Positions 50,438-62,727 of a stretch of DNA of 64,000 nucleotides are shown piece after piece. Within the stretch, counting starts at the first letter, position 1. Each line of letters opens with the position of its first letter. Source of the stretch: Tubiluchus corallicola (lineage: Eukaryota; Animalia; Priapulida). A program made the translations under genes and the position numbers. The stretch covers positions 17,422-81,421 of the forward strand of contig JAQGDQ010000726.1 in assembly GCA_030141605.1 (NCBI GenBank). Direction: 5' to 3'. The notes under the pieces were generated by a model. That model searched no databases, was not told where the DNA came from, and saw only the letters and a program-made list of their open reading frames with translations.

Positions 50438-53314
50438 GTATGTATAATTTTAAATATTACTAATGTTTCCTAAATTAAACTGATAACATTAATGCCCACC
50501 AGTGTCTAAAAAATCTTTTTATCTAAATTCGGTAAAGCATAGCAGACTAGGTGACTTTATAGTCTTTTCGCTATCCTTTCTGTGGTTCTAGATCTATCTA
50601 CACATTTTAACTATTCTTCAAAACTTATTAGAGTTTCTTTTATTAATCATGTTTTATTGTAACTCTATAAAGAGATAAATAAATTGAAATTGAATTGTAT
50701 AATAATTAAAAACTTCTTTAGTAAGAGAATGTATTTTAAATTGATGATTCAAGATTAAACTATTGCATCAGTCAGAAACCGAGTTAGATGTGGCACATCA
50801 CACTATGATCAGCTGATGGTCGACCCATTTAAGAGCACTTGTCACATTTGTAGATCTGATGATGTAACTCCTATATGCAGAAGCTCAGTGCGCACTAGGC
50901 AGATTAGGAGCGGGATCCGGAGAGAGGTCGAGCATGCATTCCTCACTTTTATTCTACGTCTATGTTTAATAAATGTGCAGTTTCATGAATAAAACTGTTA
51001 GTTTGCTATGACCTTTTGGCTGTTCACACGCAATCATCACGAGCCCTAACGCCTCTGTAACAGAAACAACAATAAACAGCAGCTATCAACAATAACAAAC
51101 ATTAGGTTTTTACTCTTTTAAGATGAAAAATGTCATTACCAGAATCTGACATGTTTAAATTTCAGTTTGTAATATTAAGACTAAGCAAACGTCTTTGATT
51201 TGCTAAATAAGAATTGTTTTTTTAGCTTTTGACTTATGTACCGTATATTTAATGTTGATTTTTCTGCTTTTTTATTTTTAAAGTTATTACAATCTGGTAA
51301 CGATGCTCTAATCTCTATCTTGTTTATGTGACTCGTAATGCAAGTCCAATTAAAAATTATTATTCCATTAATGCTACCCAGTTTTGCTTAACAGAATTAT
51401 TATCTGTGTTTTTATGCTTTTTGAATTGTCTCTTTAGCACTTCGTCGCATCAATAGTAAAGCTGCAGTCGCTGGCAGTATTATAAAAGGTCAAAATGCCA
51501 ATCCTGGAGAAGTCCCATATTATGTAAGTTTTTGTTTATGATTATATTGTTAATAATAAAAAAACTAGTCATAAAATGCCTTTCATTTATATATAGTTTA
51601 TATATAGTTTATATAAGATTTAATAGCCATAGATTAGTATTGAAAATGCGAAAGTCATTAATATAGCATTGGGTTTTATGCGGGTATATGGAATATGAGT
51701 TGATCTGGTGCGCCATATTTGCTCATTTCTTGTAAACTTAATGGCTTTTTTAAGAAAATCGTGGAAAGCTTTTACCTTTGTCGTAGAAGATACGGGAATG
51801 ATTGAGTGCCGTACTGAAAAAGTGAAAGATCTATTTCTGTTACGGTCAGCACAACGGCTCTTGCAAAGTAACAACTAAAATTTCGGGACGAGCTAGCTTA
51901 GTAACAGCAATAGCAATAGCAACAGCAACAGCAACAAAAACATAAGCAGCAGCAACAACAACAACAACAACAGCAACTGCAACAGCAACAGCAGCAGCAG
52001 CAACAACAGCAACTTTGAACATAGCTTCTTTGAAATGTGCGATCTTTCGTAAAACACTCATAGTAGAATTATACTAATTGGTACTAATATGATTCTACGG
52101 TACTAGTATGAAACTTGTTATAATATATTATAGGTATATATAAAGATTGATTATGACGTGTGACAGTAAATAAACAAGTATCAAAATAAAGTGGCGATCT
52201 TGTGACAGCAAATAATAAAAGTAGGAACGAAGTAAAATGGAAATATTATAGTATCAGAATTTAAAAAGCTTTTTTAAAATTTTTATTCAATGTAATAAAG
52301 TAACTAATTTATTTAAAAACCAAAATTCTACTTTTAAATTCTATCGTGATTGCCATTGAATTACACAGTATGATTTAAAAAATATGATACACCTGAAAAC
52401 GGCTTTCGCAAGATGAGTCGAAATACCATAATTATAATTTTTTGAACACTTAAATTGCTTTCTATAGCTGTTCATTTTCAATTGTAACTAAAATGGCGCC
52501 ATTATGTTTATTAAATCACTAATATTTAGGTCAGGCTCGATCACGGAGGTGCACTTTGTGGGGCATCTCTTATTGATGCGGAATGGGTTCTTACAGCTGC
52601 TCACTGTGTAGAAGGCGCGGTTGGGTACGTCACGTGATCATTTATGTTTTGTTGTTTTATGTTTGTGCACAGGTGAACTGTAATAATATTAGAACTCGTG
52701 ATTCACGTGTTGTAATAATGTAGTCGAGTTAATCATGACTGTGATTGTGCAGATTTTTTTTTAATAAAATTTATTAGAACATTCACATATTTTTGCAGTA
52801 AGTAGAAATTACGTAGAGCTTAAAACACAGAAGTGAAGGACATGTGTCGGTCTTTGATCACTACCAATGGCAGCAGGTTCTTATATATGTTCTATGATTA
52901 GCTCTGCTGAGCTATTGATTTTTAGCTATATCACTGCTATATTTAGACTTTCCCTAGCAACGATCTTCTGCTGACTTGGAGTCCTAGCAACGGACTTTTT
53001 CAGTAAGACGCTGATTGTTTAACCTCGCTCGATGCTGATTGGTCCAGTGAGCGAATCTGTGCATGTTGCCTGAAGCTGAACTTGTATCAATACCAATAAT
53101 AGATTCGGCGTGTGCATCTAATAAGGCACATGAGTAAGGCAAGATGACCAGATAAACTTATTTAATGGTCAGAGCTGTTCATGGGCGTGTCAGATATACA
53201 ATTATAAATGTTTGAGTAGAAACACGGATTTATCTTAAGCAAGTTGATGCACTTATAAATGTCAATTGATTAAATTTTAATCACACTATTAAATTTGCTA
53301 ATTACAAATAATTT

Positions 53315-53357
<43 letters not shown>

Positions 53358-56300
53358 TCTCTCTCTCTCTCTCCCTCCCTTTCTCTCTCTCTCTCTCCCT
53401 TTCTCTCTCCCTTTTACTGTCATTCTACAAAATATTTTTTGTTTGTTTGGCCGAAAGCATGTTTTTACGCCATTGTTTTTATTTATTTGCTCACTTTTTG
53501 ACTTTTGTAGTTATATACCAAATATTTGTCCCTTGTTTCATTATTTTACGCCTTTACTTTATCTATTGGTTAAATTCTTGCTTTCTTGTTTCTGACAAAA
53601 TCGACCAAACTGGGCTTCTTAATTTAGGGATGCTTCGGGATCTGCAGAGCAAAATTGTCGCCTATTTAAAATATTAGGAAACTATTAGAAATAAGAAAAA
53701 ACAGAACTGTTTATCAATGTACATGCGGACAATTTTGTGTAAGATTAGCAAAAACAACTACTGAATGTAATTATTTTGTATGATTGTTTTTAGGGGAAGC
53801 GTTAAACTCTTTTTTGGTGCAACGACTCGGGCAGATCACACACAGATTAGAAATGTATGAAAAAAAATCATTATTGAAATATGATTTCTGGATGAAATGC
53901 AGTGGCTTGTGATGGTTTGTTATTTTGAGACATAGACACATATATAAATAATTATTGCAAATTATATTTTTGAGAAAACAGTCATTTTCTCCTGTTCAAA
54001 CTCTTTAGTACTGTGACGCATATATAAAGTTGTCTTAGTTTCACCAGCTTTGAAAACTGATCAAACTAAAAAAAGCCTCTTATTTGTTAAACTTAATGGA
54101 GCAACTTTTCTGGTAAAAATGTTTTCTTGGAAAAAGCTTTCCTGTTAAACGATTGTCAACCGAAGCTGTCCAAATGTCCTTGTGTGCCTCATTCATTGTG
54201 TCCAAACGTGCTTGTGTCCAAATGTCCATTGCATTAAAATGTCCTTCTGTCCAAATGTCCTAAGTGTCAAAATGTCCCATGTGTCCAAATGTCCTTGTGT
54301 CCAAATGTACTTGGTATCGAAATGTCTTATGTCTAAATTTTAAACGTGTCCAAATAGCCTTGTGTCCCAAGTACCTTGTCTCCAAGTTAAGTATGTGTCC
54401 AAATGTCCTGTGACGAAATATCTTGTTTGAAATGCTTAAATATATACAGTTGGGTATGGTGCTACCGACGATAGTTAGCTGTTTGGTGGTGCTTCATAGG
54501 TTATAAGACCATTGCTATCTTGGCATTCTGCATATTTCTTGTACTGTGCAAATGTTAAATACAGAATCAAAGCCATTCCAGTCTCCTCCACGTGCAGTAT
54601 GTTGAGGGTCAAGCTGGCCCTTGAGATGCTCCCCAAATCTAGTACAAAAATGGTCAAACAAAGTTTGGTATTAATGTCTAAGAAGGTCCTTCATCACTGG
54701 AAAATTTCGAAAAAATGTAGATCATACAAGCAAGACGGAGACAAACAACAAAAACAAAAAGTAATTTAAAACTCACGTTAAACTTACTTTTGACTCTTTT
54801 TTGTTGCACTCGTTTTTTGTATTTTCTTGTCAATGTGATGCTATTAAAACATAGCTTTTGGCAAGCAACTTATTTTAAATCCTGGCAGCCATTATATAAG
54901 CTACATCAGTTCTTATATTAAAGCTGTTTGTGCTAAATATTTTTCGTTTTCACCATGTCAACTAATTACTTCATTCGCTTCTTTCAGTTTGCTTCTCAAC
55001 CTTTAAGGTTCGTTAAGTCGTTATTCTAAACCAGGGGTGTGCAAATTATCTGACTCGCCGGGCCACATTAAACTTTCCCGCAATTCCTGCGGGCCACAGG
55101 CAGTTTGATCAGGGAGCCAAGTACAGAAAGGCCTAATAACGATTTTTTGCATCATTACTACTACACTCAAGAAACCATTTTAGAAGTTATTAAAATTGAT
55201 ATTACAAACCATATATTTCTACTTTCAGGACAGATAGTGGTAATTTCACTAGAATACATATTAGTAATGTGTATCACACAGTCTGTGTAGTACAGTGACA
55301 TTAAGCTACAACCGTATTGTAAGGGTTAATGGCATCCGATCTAGTAGAAAAAACTACCCGCACTATCTTTGCGATCGTGGTACAGACTTCAGCTGGATAC
55401 ACTCAATTAATCGCCCAGGCCGCACTTTCATTAGGTTGACAAATCTCTTCGCGGGCCGCACAAATTCTCTCGGCAGGCCGCAAGTGGCCCGCGGGCCCCA
55501 ATTTGCACACACACCTGTTCCAACTCAAAGAAATACATTCTGTTTAGGCTTCTCAGGTGATTAGCCATCCTGATTATAGTAAAGCCACATTGGCGAATGA
55601 CATTGCTCTCTTAAGACTTGACTATCCCGTTAATTTGAAAGACGATAGAGTTGATACAGTAATGTTACCCACTGGAGATGAGGAGAATCTTTATGAGGGG
55701 GAGGATGCTCGTGTAACGGGATTTGGAAAAATGCAAAGTAAGTAGAAATAATATAGTAAAATATAATCACATTTTTAAAAACAATTACGAAGTGGTAATT
55801 AATAAGTCGTAGCATGAGATCTTCGTAAATCCTTAATATCGAAACCATTTAATTTGTAATTTGTAATTTATTATCACTTCAGCATGTATTTTTGCATTAG
55901 AATTTGCATTATTATCTTTAGCTATTATGCCCTATAACTAGAAAAGGAAATATAGTTACAACATTAGTTAACTATAGCATAATAATATAATATAATATAC
56001 TATAATATAGTGTAATGTGATGTGATGTGATGTGATATGATATGATATGATATGATATGATATGATACGATACGATACGATACGATACGATACTATACTA
56101 TACAATGCAATGCAATGCAATGCAATGCAATACAATACAATACAATACAATACAATACAATACAATACAATACAATACAATACAATACAATACAATACAA
56201 TACAATACAATACAATACAATACAATACAATACAATACAATACAATACAATACAATACAATACAATACAATACAATACAATACAATACAATACAATACAA

Positions 56301-59300
56301 TATAATACAATATAATATAATAATAACAACGAAAGACCAACGAAAGATTGGATATCTACCATTTAGGTTAGTATTAATCTAGTATTAATTTACGTACTGT
56401 GTATAGTACTTGTACTGTTAGTCATAAAGCTATTGATAATACAAAGTAAGAGAAGGATAAGAGTAGGCAATTAAATAGCGAAAAATACGTCCGGGCTCAA
56501 TAGATTGTAGTCATATTATACTAACTTAATTAATGACATCAAAATTAATTTTACCCCATTACAACCACAATAGAATTTGCCAAAACCTTGCAGTATGTTG
56601 AAGGATATACTGTCAGTGCTCAGCTTTTTGATGCTATTCTGGCCTTTTGAGAACGTAGTAAAGATCTGCTAACCAAACGATTTTATTTTATTTTTTAAGA
56701 TGGGAATGCAGCAGATGTTCTTCAGACAGTTGTTGTGAAAATAGTGCCCAATGGTGAAAAGCATCCATGGTGGATCTTAGCTGGAAACTTGGTAGACAAG
56801 ACAGGATCATGCACTGTTAGTAAACATTCTTTACATCATTGTCATTTATTCAGAAAGTTTTTTCTATTAAATCTAAATCATTTTTGCTGTCTCAGCTTCA
56901 TAAATATGTTGCACTGTTTCAGTCAGCACACAATATTGTCATCATATGATCACGACCTTGAAAAAAATGTGTTCCGGAAATATTTTTACCATGTTAATAT
57001 AGAATTGGATAATTTTGTTGTCGTCCCATATTGGTAGAATATTGGACCAATGTTGTCGTCCCATATTGGTAGAACGTTGGACCAATGTTGTCGTCCCATA
57101 TTGGTAGAACGTTGGACCAAAGTTGTCGTCCCATATTGGTAGAACGTTGGACCAATGTTGTCGTCCCATATTGGTAGAACGTTGGACCAATGTTGTCGTC
57201 CCATATTGGTAGAACGTTGGACCAATGTTGTCGTCCCATATTGGTAGAACGTTGGACCAAAGTTGTCGTCCCATATTGGTAGAACGTTGGACCAATGTTG
57301 TCGTCCCATATTGGTAGAACGTTGGACCAATGTTATCGTCCCATATTGGTAGAACGTTGGACCAATGTTGTCGTCCCATATTGGTAGAACGTTGGACCAA
57401 AGTTGTCGTCCCATATTGGTAGAACGTTGGACCAATGTTGTCGTCCCATATTGGTAGAACGTTGGACCAATGTTGTCGGCCTATATTAGAAACCTTGTAT
57501 TGCGACTACACCTTTGTTCTTGTTTACCACATGGATCTGTATTGACACATGTCTGTCTGTAGCAGTTTCATCTTCCACGATTACTCCAGGTTCAAATGAA
57601 ACAGGTTGGGCTTAGTTAGAATTGCAAAAATTAATCTTAACTTTACCTTAAATTTGCATTAAAATTGCGAAATGAAACATTTCTCCATCATTTTACTCTA
57701 ATCTTCTCATATGGATGAGGAGACAAGACATCCTTAAAGTGTTGTCAAAGCAGACAATGTCTTGGTTGAGTATATTATAGTCCTTGCAACTTGGATTGAG
57801 TATATTATGAATCTTGCAACATGGACTGAGTATATTATAAACCTTGCAACTTGGATTGAGTATATTATGAATCTTGCAACATGGACTGAGTATATTATAA
57901 ACCTTGCAACTTGGATTGAGTATATTATGAATCTTGCAACATGGAATGAGTATATTATAAACCTTGCAACTTGGATTGAGTATATTATAAACCTTGCAAC
58001 TTGGATTGAGTGTATAATAAACCTTGGAACTTGAATTGAGTAAATTATAAACCTTGCAACTTGGATTGAGTATATAATAAACCTTGCAACATGGATTGAG
58101 TTTATTATAAACCTTGCAACTCGGATTGAGTATATTATAAACCTTGCAACTTGGATTGAGTAAATTATAAACCTTGCAACTTGGATTGAGTATATTATAA
58201 ACCTTGCAAATTGGATTGAGTTAATTATAAACCTTGCAACTTGGATTGAGTATATTATAAACCTTCCAACTTGGATTGAGTATATTATAAACCTTGCAAC
58301 TTGGATTGAGTAAATTATAAACCTTGCAACTTGGATTGAGTTTATTATAAACCTTGCAACTTGGATTGAGTAAATTATAAACCTTGCAACTTGGATTGAG
58401 TATATTATAGACCTTGCAACTTGGATTAAGTATATTATAAACCTTGCAACTTGGATTAAGTACATTATAAACCCTGCAACTTGGATTGAGTAAATTGTGA
58501 ATCTTGCAACATGGACTGAGTATATTATAAACCTTGCAACTTGGATTAAGTATATTATAAACCTTGCAAATTGGATTGAGTAAATTATAAACCTTGCAAC
58601 TTTGATTGAGTATATTATAAACCTTGCAACTTGGATTGAGTATATTATAAACCTTGCAACTTGGATTGAGTAAATTATAAACCTTGCAACTTTGATTGAG
58701 TATATAATAAACCTTGCAACATGGATTGAGTTTATTATAAACCTTGCAACTTGGATTGAGTATATAATAAACCTTGCAACATGGATTGAGTTTATTATAA
58801 ACCTTGCATCTTAGATTGAGTTTATTAATACAACATTGTAGTAATACAATATCGACATCGTAATAGAATATAGTTTCCGAAAAAATTTCCACAACATTGG
58901 TACAATATTGTCATGCCCCCTGAGATAGTTACTTGTCGATCAATTAATCATCCCCCAAATTTAAGAAAGAGGCAAGGCAACGAGATGTATTTAGCTGTTT
59001 CTTCTACTTTTCAAGTTCATTATGCTTGAACCAATTACCCATTTTATTGCACTTTCCTCATTATCAGAGCTGCCGTTTTTCCTCATATTTTTACAATATT
59101 TTTCTCTTTACTTTTACTCGCGTTTTCTACCCCTCCCAATTTTTTTAAAACTACGTCGTCAAGTTTTCTTCGCGGATTTCATTTATTTTTCTTTTTTCTC
59201 CTAAGTAATTGTTGTTCTTTCTCATACTTACTTTTTCTCATAAATTTTTCTATATTACACTTTTTTGATACTTATTTCTTCTTTCAATACTCTCAGTTTT

Positions 59301-59973
59301 TAACTTTACTCACTAACCTTGGTCACATTCCCCTGTTAATAAGACTGCATTTGAATCTTCTGTATATGCTAATCCTAATTACTGCATAATTGTATTGTTT
59401 TGTTTAGATTTTGGTATCCTATTATTTTAAAAATTTATGATTTTTTGTTTTGTTTTCAGTTCTCTTGGATAATTTGTATCATTTATACTGTTTTTATTTG
59501 TATTTTCTCTTATTTGTTTTTGTTTTTGTTATGTGCAGCATCACCGTTAATTTTTAATATGACTAATCTATTTATAAGAAAGGGCAGGAGGCTAGATGAC
59601 CCTATGGTCCTTCCCTGCCCTGCTCCATGATTATAATTATTTAATATTTAAAAAACTTTTGATGTTAAACTAATTGGAGAAAATAAATGTTCTATGACTA
59701 TGTCTATGTCTATAAGTGCAATCGGCTGTTATAATCGGTATCATATTATTTACAATCATGTAACAAAATTTTTTCTTTCAGGGTGATTCAGGTGGCCCGT
59801 TGGTTGCAGAAGCATCAGGAGAACTTATTGGGATAGTTTCCTGGGGGGCCTGGGAGGGCTGTTATCAGGGATCTAAACCAAACGGGAACACTCGTGTGAC
59901 GTTCTTCCTGGATTGGATCATGGATAATATGGGAATTGGTGGTCAACAGATAATTATTGGGAAAGGAAAGTAA
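50353..59973 (+). CDS. S1A serine protease B, chymotrypsin/brachyurin-like, complete (7 coding exons, 274 aa)
   Basis: join(50353-50437,51438-51523,52530-52624,53794-53854,55548-55737,56700-56815,59782-59973) = 825 nt open frame with signal peptide, IIKG, TAAHC, NDIAL and GDSGGP. Confidence 0.93.
50789..51062 (+). mobile_element. Possible solo LTR in a protease B intron
   Basis: TGT...ACA ends, internal TATA-like and AATAAA motifs, GC-richer than flanks; TSD ambiguous. Confidence 0.35.
51438..51523 (+). CDS. Protease B activation exon
   Basis: [13 protein letters not shown]|[15 protein letters not shown], gtaagt donor. Confidence 0.9.
51900..52012. repeat. (CAA)/(CAG) low-complexity tract
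   Basis: Direct inspection. Confidence 0.85.
52530..52624 (+). CDS. Protease B His57 exon
   Basis: [31 protein letters not shown]. Confidence 0.93.
53318..53410. repeat. (CT)n microsatellite
   Basis: Direct inspection. Confidence 0.95.
53794..53854 (+). CDS. Protease B internal exon
   Basis: [20 protein letters not shown]; phase 2->0. Confidence 0.85.
54167..54435. repeat. Degenerate TGTCCAAATGTCC(T) short-period repeat
   Basis: Motif recurs more than 10 times with variable spacing. Confidence 0.75.
55032..55517. mobile_element. hAT/Charlie-like MITE
   Basis: CAGGGGTGTGCAAA ... TTTGCACACACACCTG termini with subterminal GGCCCGCGGGCC motifs; TSD degenerate. Confidence 0.75.
55548..55737 (+). 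CDS. Protease B Asp102 exon
   Basis: [28 protein letters not shown]...[10 protein letters not shown]. Confidence 0.93.
55978..56322. repeat. Compound pentanucleotide microsatellite ending in (TACAA)n
   Basis: Blocks of TATAA, TGTGA, TATGA, TACGA, TGCAA and TACAA. Confidence 0.97.
56700..56815 (+). CDS. Protease B internal exon
   Basis: [38 protein letters not shown]; gttagt donor; phase 1->0. Confidence 0.88.
56919..58923 (-). mobile_element. Non-autonomous TIR-like element carrying two minisatellites (about 13 x 35 bp and about 35 x 30 bp)
   Basis: Imperfect TIR TCAGTCAGCACACAATATTGT / ACAATATTGTCATGCCCCCTGA; 35-mer array 57016-57486, unique spacer, 30-mer array 57762-58825; partial inverted copy at 2986-3742. 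Confidence 0.75.
59570..59713 (+). mobile_element. CR1/L2-like LINE 3' end
   Basis: Stem-loop AGGGCAGG...CTAGATGACCCTATGGTCCTTCCCTGCCCT, then AATAAA and a (TCTATG)n tail. Confidence 0.6.
59782..59973 (+). CDS. Protease B last exon (Ser195)
   Basis: [50 protein letters not shown]...K*. Confidence 0.95.
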   Translation, partial: GDSGGPLVAEASGELIGIVSWGAWEGCYQGSKPNGNTRVTFFLDWIMDNMGIGGQQIIIGKGK

Positions 59974-60225
59974 CTTTTCTCAACAAGGAAGTAGAACTGA
60001 TTGGAAAAAAATCACAAAAATCAGCAATTATTATTTATGCTTGTCGGGAAATTTTTGAATTTGGTGTAGCTTCTTATATGCAAGAATTGCTTTGTGTATT
60101 TTGTTTGAGATTTAATCACGCAATGATGCCGAAAAGCATTAATAGATCTATGTTAAAATAACACAGGAAAACTGATTCAGAACTAATTTATTAATCTTAG
60201 TCAAATAAGCGTTTATAGTTTTAAT

Positions 60226-61550
60226 ATGTAATAGCAAGCTTGCTTACGTCTTGGTTTATTATGTAATAGCAAGCTTGCTTACGTCTTGGTTTATTATGTA
60301 ATAGCAAGCTTGCTTATGTCTTGGTTTATTATGTAATAGCAAGCTTGCTTATGTATTGGTTTATTATGTAATAGAAAGCTTGCTTATGTCTTGGTTTATT
60401 ATGTAATAGCAAGCTTGCTTATGTATTGGTTTATTATGTTATAGCAAGCTTGCTTATGTCTTGGTTAATTATGTAATAGCAAGCTTGCGTATGTCTTGGT
60501 TTATTATGTAATAGCAAGCTTGCTTATGTCTTGGTTAATTATGTAATAGCAAGCTTGCGTATCTCTTGCTTAATTATGTAATAGCAAGCTTGCGTATGTC
60601 TTGGTTAATTATGTAATAGCAAGCTTGAGTATGTCTTGGTTAATTATGTAATAGCAAACTTGCTTATGTATTGGTTTATTATGTAATAGCAAGCTTGCTT
60701 ATGTATTGGTTTATTATGTAATAGCAAGCTTGCTTATGTATTGGTTTATTATGTAATAGAAAGCTTGCTTACGTCTTGGTTTATTATGTAATAGCAAGCT
60801 TGCTTACGTCTTGGTTAATTATGTAATAGCAAGCTTGCGTATGTCTTGGTTAATTATGTAATAGCAAGCTTGAGTATGTCTTGGTTTATTATGTAATAGC
60901 AAGCTTGCTTATGTATTGGTTTATTATGTAATAGCAAGCTTGCTTATGTATTGGTTTATTATGTAATAGCAAGCTTGCTTATGTATTGGTTTATTATGTA
61001 ATAGCAAGCTTGCTTATGTATTGGTTTATTACGTAATAGCAAGCTTGCTTATGTATTGGTTTATTATGTAATAGCAAGCTTGCTTATGTATTGGTTTATT
61101 ACGTAATAGCAAGCTTGCTTACGTCTTGGTTTATTATGTATTAGCAAGATTGCTTATGTCTTGGTTAATTATGTAATAGCAAGCTTGCTTACGTCTTGGT
61201 TAATTATGTAATAGCAAGCTTGCTTATGTATTGGTTTATTATGTAATAGCAAGCTTGCTTATGTATTGGTTTATTATGTAATAGCAAGCTTGCTTATGTA
61301 TTGGTTTATTATGTAATAGCAATCTTGCTTATGTATTGGTTTATTATGTAATAGCAAGCTTGCTTATGTATTGGTTTATTACGTAATAGCAAGCTTGCTT
61401 ACGTCTTGGTTTATTATGTATTAGCAAGATTGCTTATGTCTTGGTTAATTATGTAATAGCAAGCTTGCTTACGTCTTGGTTAATTATGTAATAGCAAGCT
61501 TGCTTATGTATTGGTTTATTATGTAATAGCAAGCTTGCTTATGTCTTGGT
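60226..61550. repeat. 35-bp minisatellite, about 38 copies, with palindrome AGCAAGCTTGCT
   Basis: Unit ATGTAATAGCAAGCTTGCTTATGTATTGGTTTATT. Confidence 0.97.
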
Positions 61551-61849
61551 GAGCAGCTCAAGATATTTGTCAGCATTACGGTGTCTTCGTTTCAGCTCTA
61601 GGGTGATCTATGGACTGACTGAAAAATAAATTCTCACTAATTAATAAGTTATTGCGTTGCGTGTCTGTTATTTTAAGCTTCATACACATATGTATTGGTG
61701 AAAGGTAGAAGTGCTTGATGGAAAATAAATAAAGCAACGAGCAATCTGCTATATAATAATGTTGTTGTACTTTGATGTATAAGTAAACATTACAAAAAGT
61801 GACTGAAATACAGGTTTTTGAAATTCTGTTTCTTGCCACGAACATCATC

Positions 61850-62336
61850 AAAACCACCAATACCAACACCACCAAAACCACCACCACTACCGCCAACAAC
61901 AACAACCACCATCACCACCACCTCCAACAAAAACAAGCACCACCACCACCACCACCACCACCACCTCCAACAACAACACAACAACAACGGCAACAACAAC
62001 AACCACCACCACCTCCAACAACAACAACAACAACAACCACCTCCAACAACAACAACAACAAAAACAAGCACCACCACCACCACCACCACCACCTCCAACA
62101 ACAACACAACAACAACGGCAACAACAACAACCACCACCACCACCTCCAACAACAACAACAACAACAACAACCACCACCACCTCCAACAACAACAACAACA
62201 ACAACCACCTCCAACAACAACAACAACAACAACAACAACCTCCAACAACAACAACAACCACCTCCAACAACAAAAACAACCACCACCACCACCTCCAACA
62301 ACAACAACAACAACAACAACCACCACCACCACCTCC

Positions 62337-62379
<43 letters not shown>

Positions 62380-62472
62380 CAAACAACAACAACAACAACA
62401 ACCTCCAACAACAACAACAACAACAACAACCTCCAACAACAACAACAACAACCACAACAACAACAACAACAG
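61850..62472. repeat. (CAA)n/(CCA)n compound microsatellite
   Basis: Direct inspection. Confidence 0.95.
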
Positions 62473-62546
62473 CATCGAAACTGATAAAAAAGAACTTGTT
62501 AACCTAATGGAAGCTTTGTGAAACTGGATTCTGCTCTGCTTTGCAG

Positions 62547-62714
62547 CAGCTCTGCTCTAGTCTGGTCTGTTTCAACGAGAAAAATTATAACAAGAAAAGT
62601 GTGTTTTTTGGTGGGCGTCAAGAAATTCAAGATTCTGGAAGCTTAAGAGCTGCTGGAGGCTCCCCAAAAATCATTGGAGAAGATGATGTAGCACCAGGAG
62701 AGATTCCTTATCAG
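62547..62714 (+). CDS. S1A serine protease C, activation-site exon (5' boundary uncertain; rest not seen)
   Basis: ...SGSLRAAGGSPK|IIGEDDVAPGEIPYQ followed by a phase-0 GT donor, the same intron position as proteases A and B. Confidence 0.7.
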
Positions 62715-62727
62715 GTATTCTAATTAT

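Noticed and set aside
52850-53200. LTR-like segment with repeated CCTAGCAACG
   Set aside because: No definable termini or TSD.
61790-62521. Q/T/N/P-rich ORFs as a mucin-like N-terminus of protease C
   Set aside because: A (CAA)/(CCA) tract is open in nearly all frames, and stops separate it from the protease exon.
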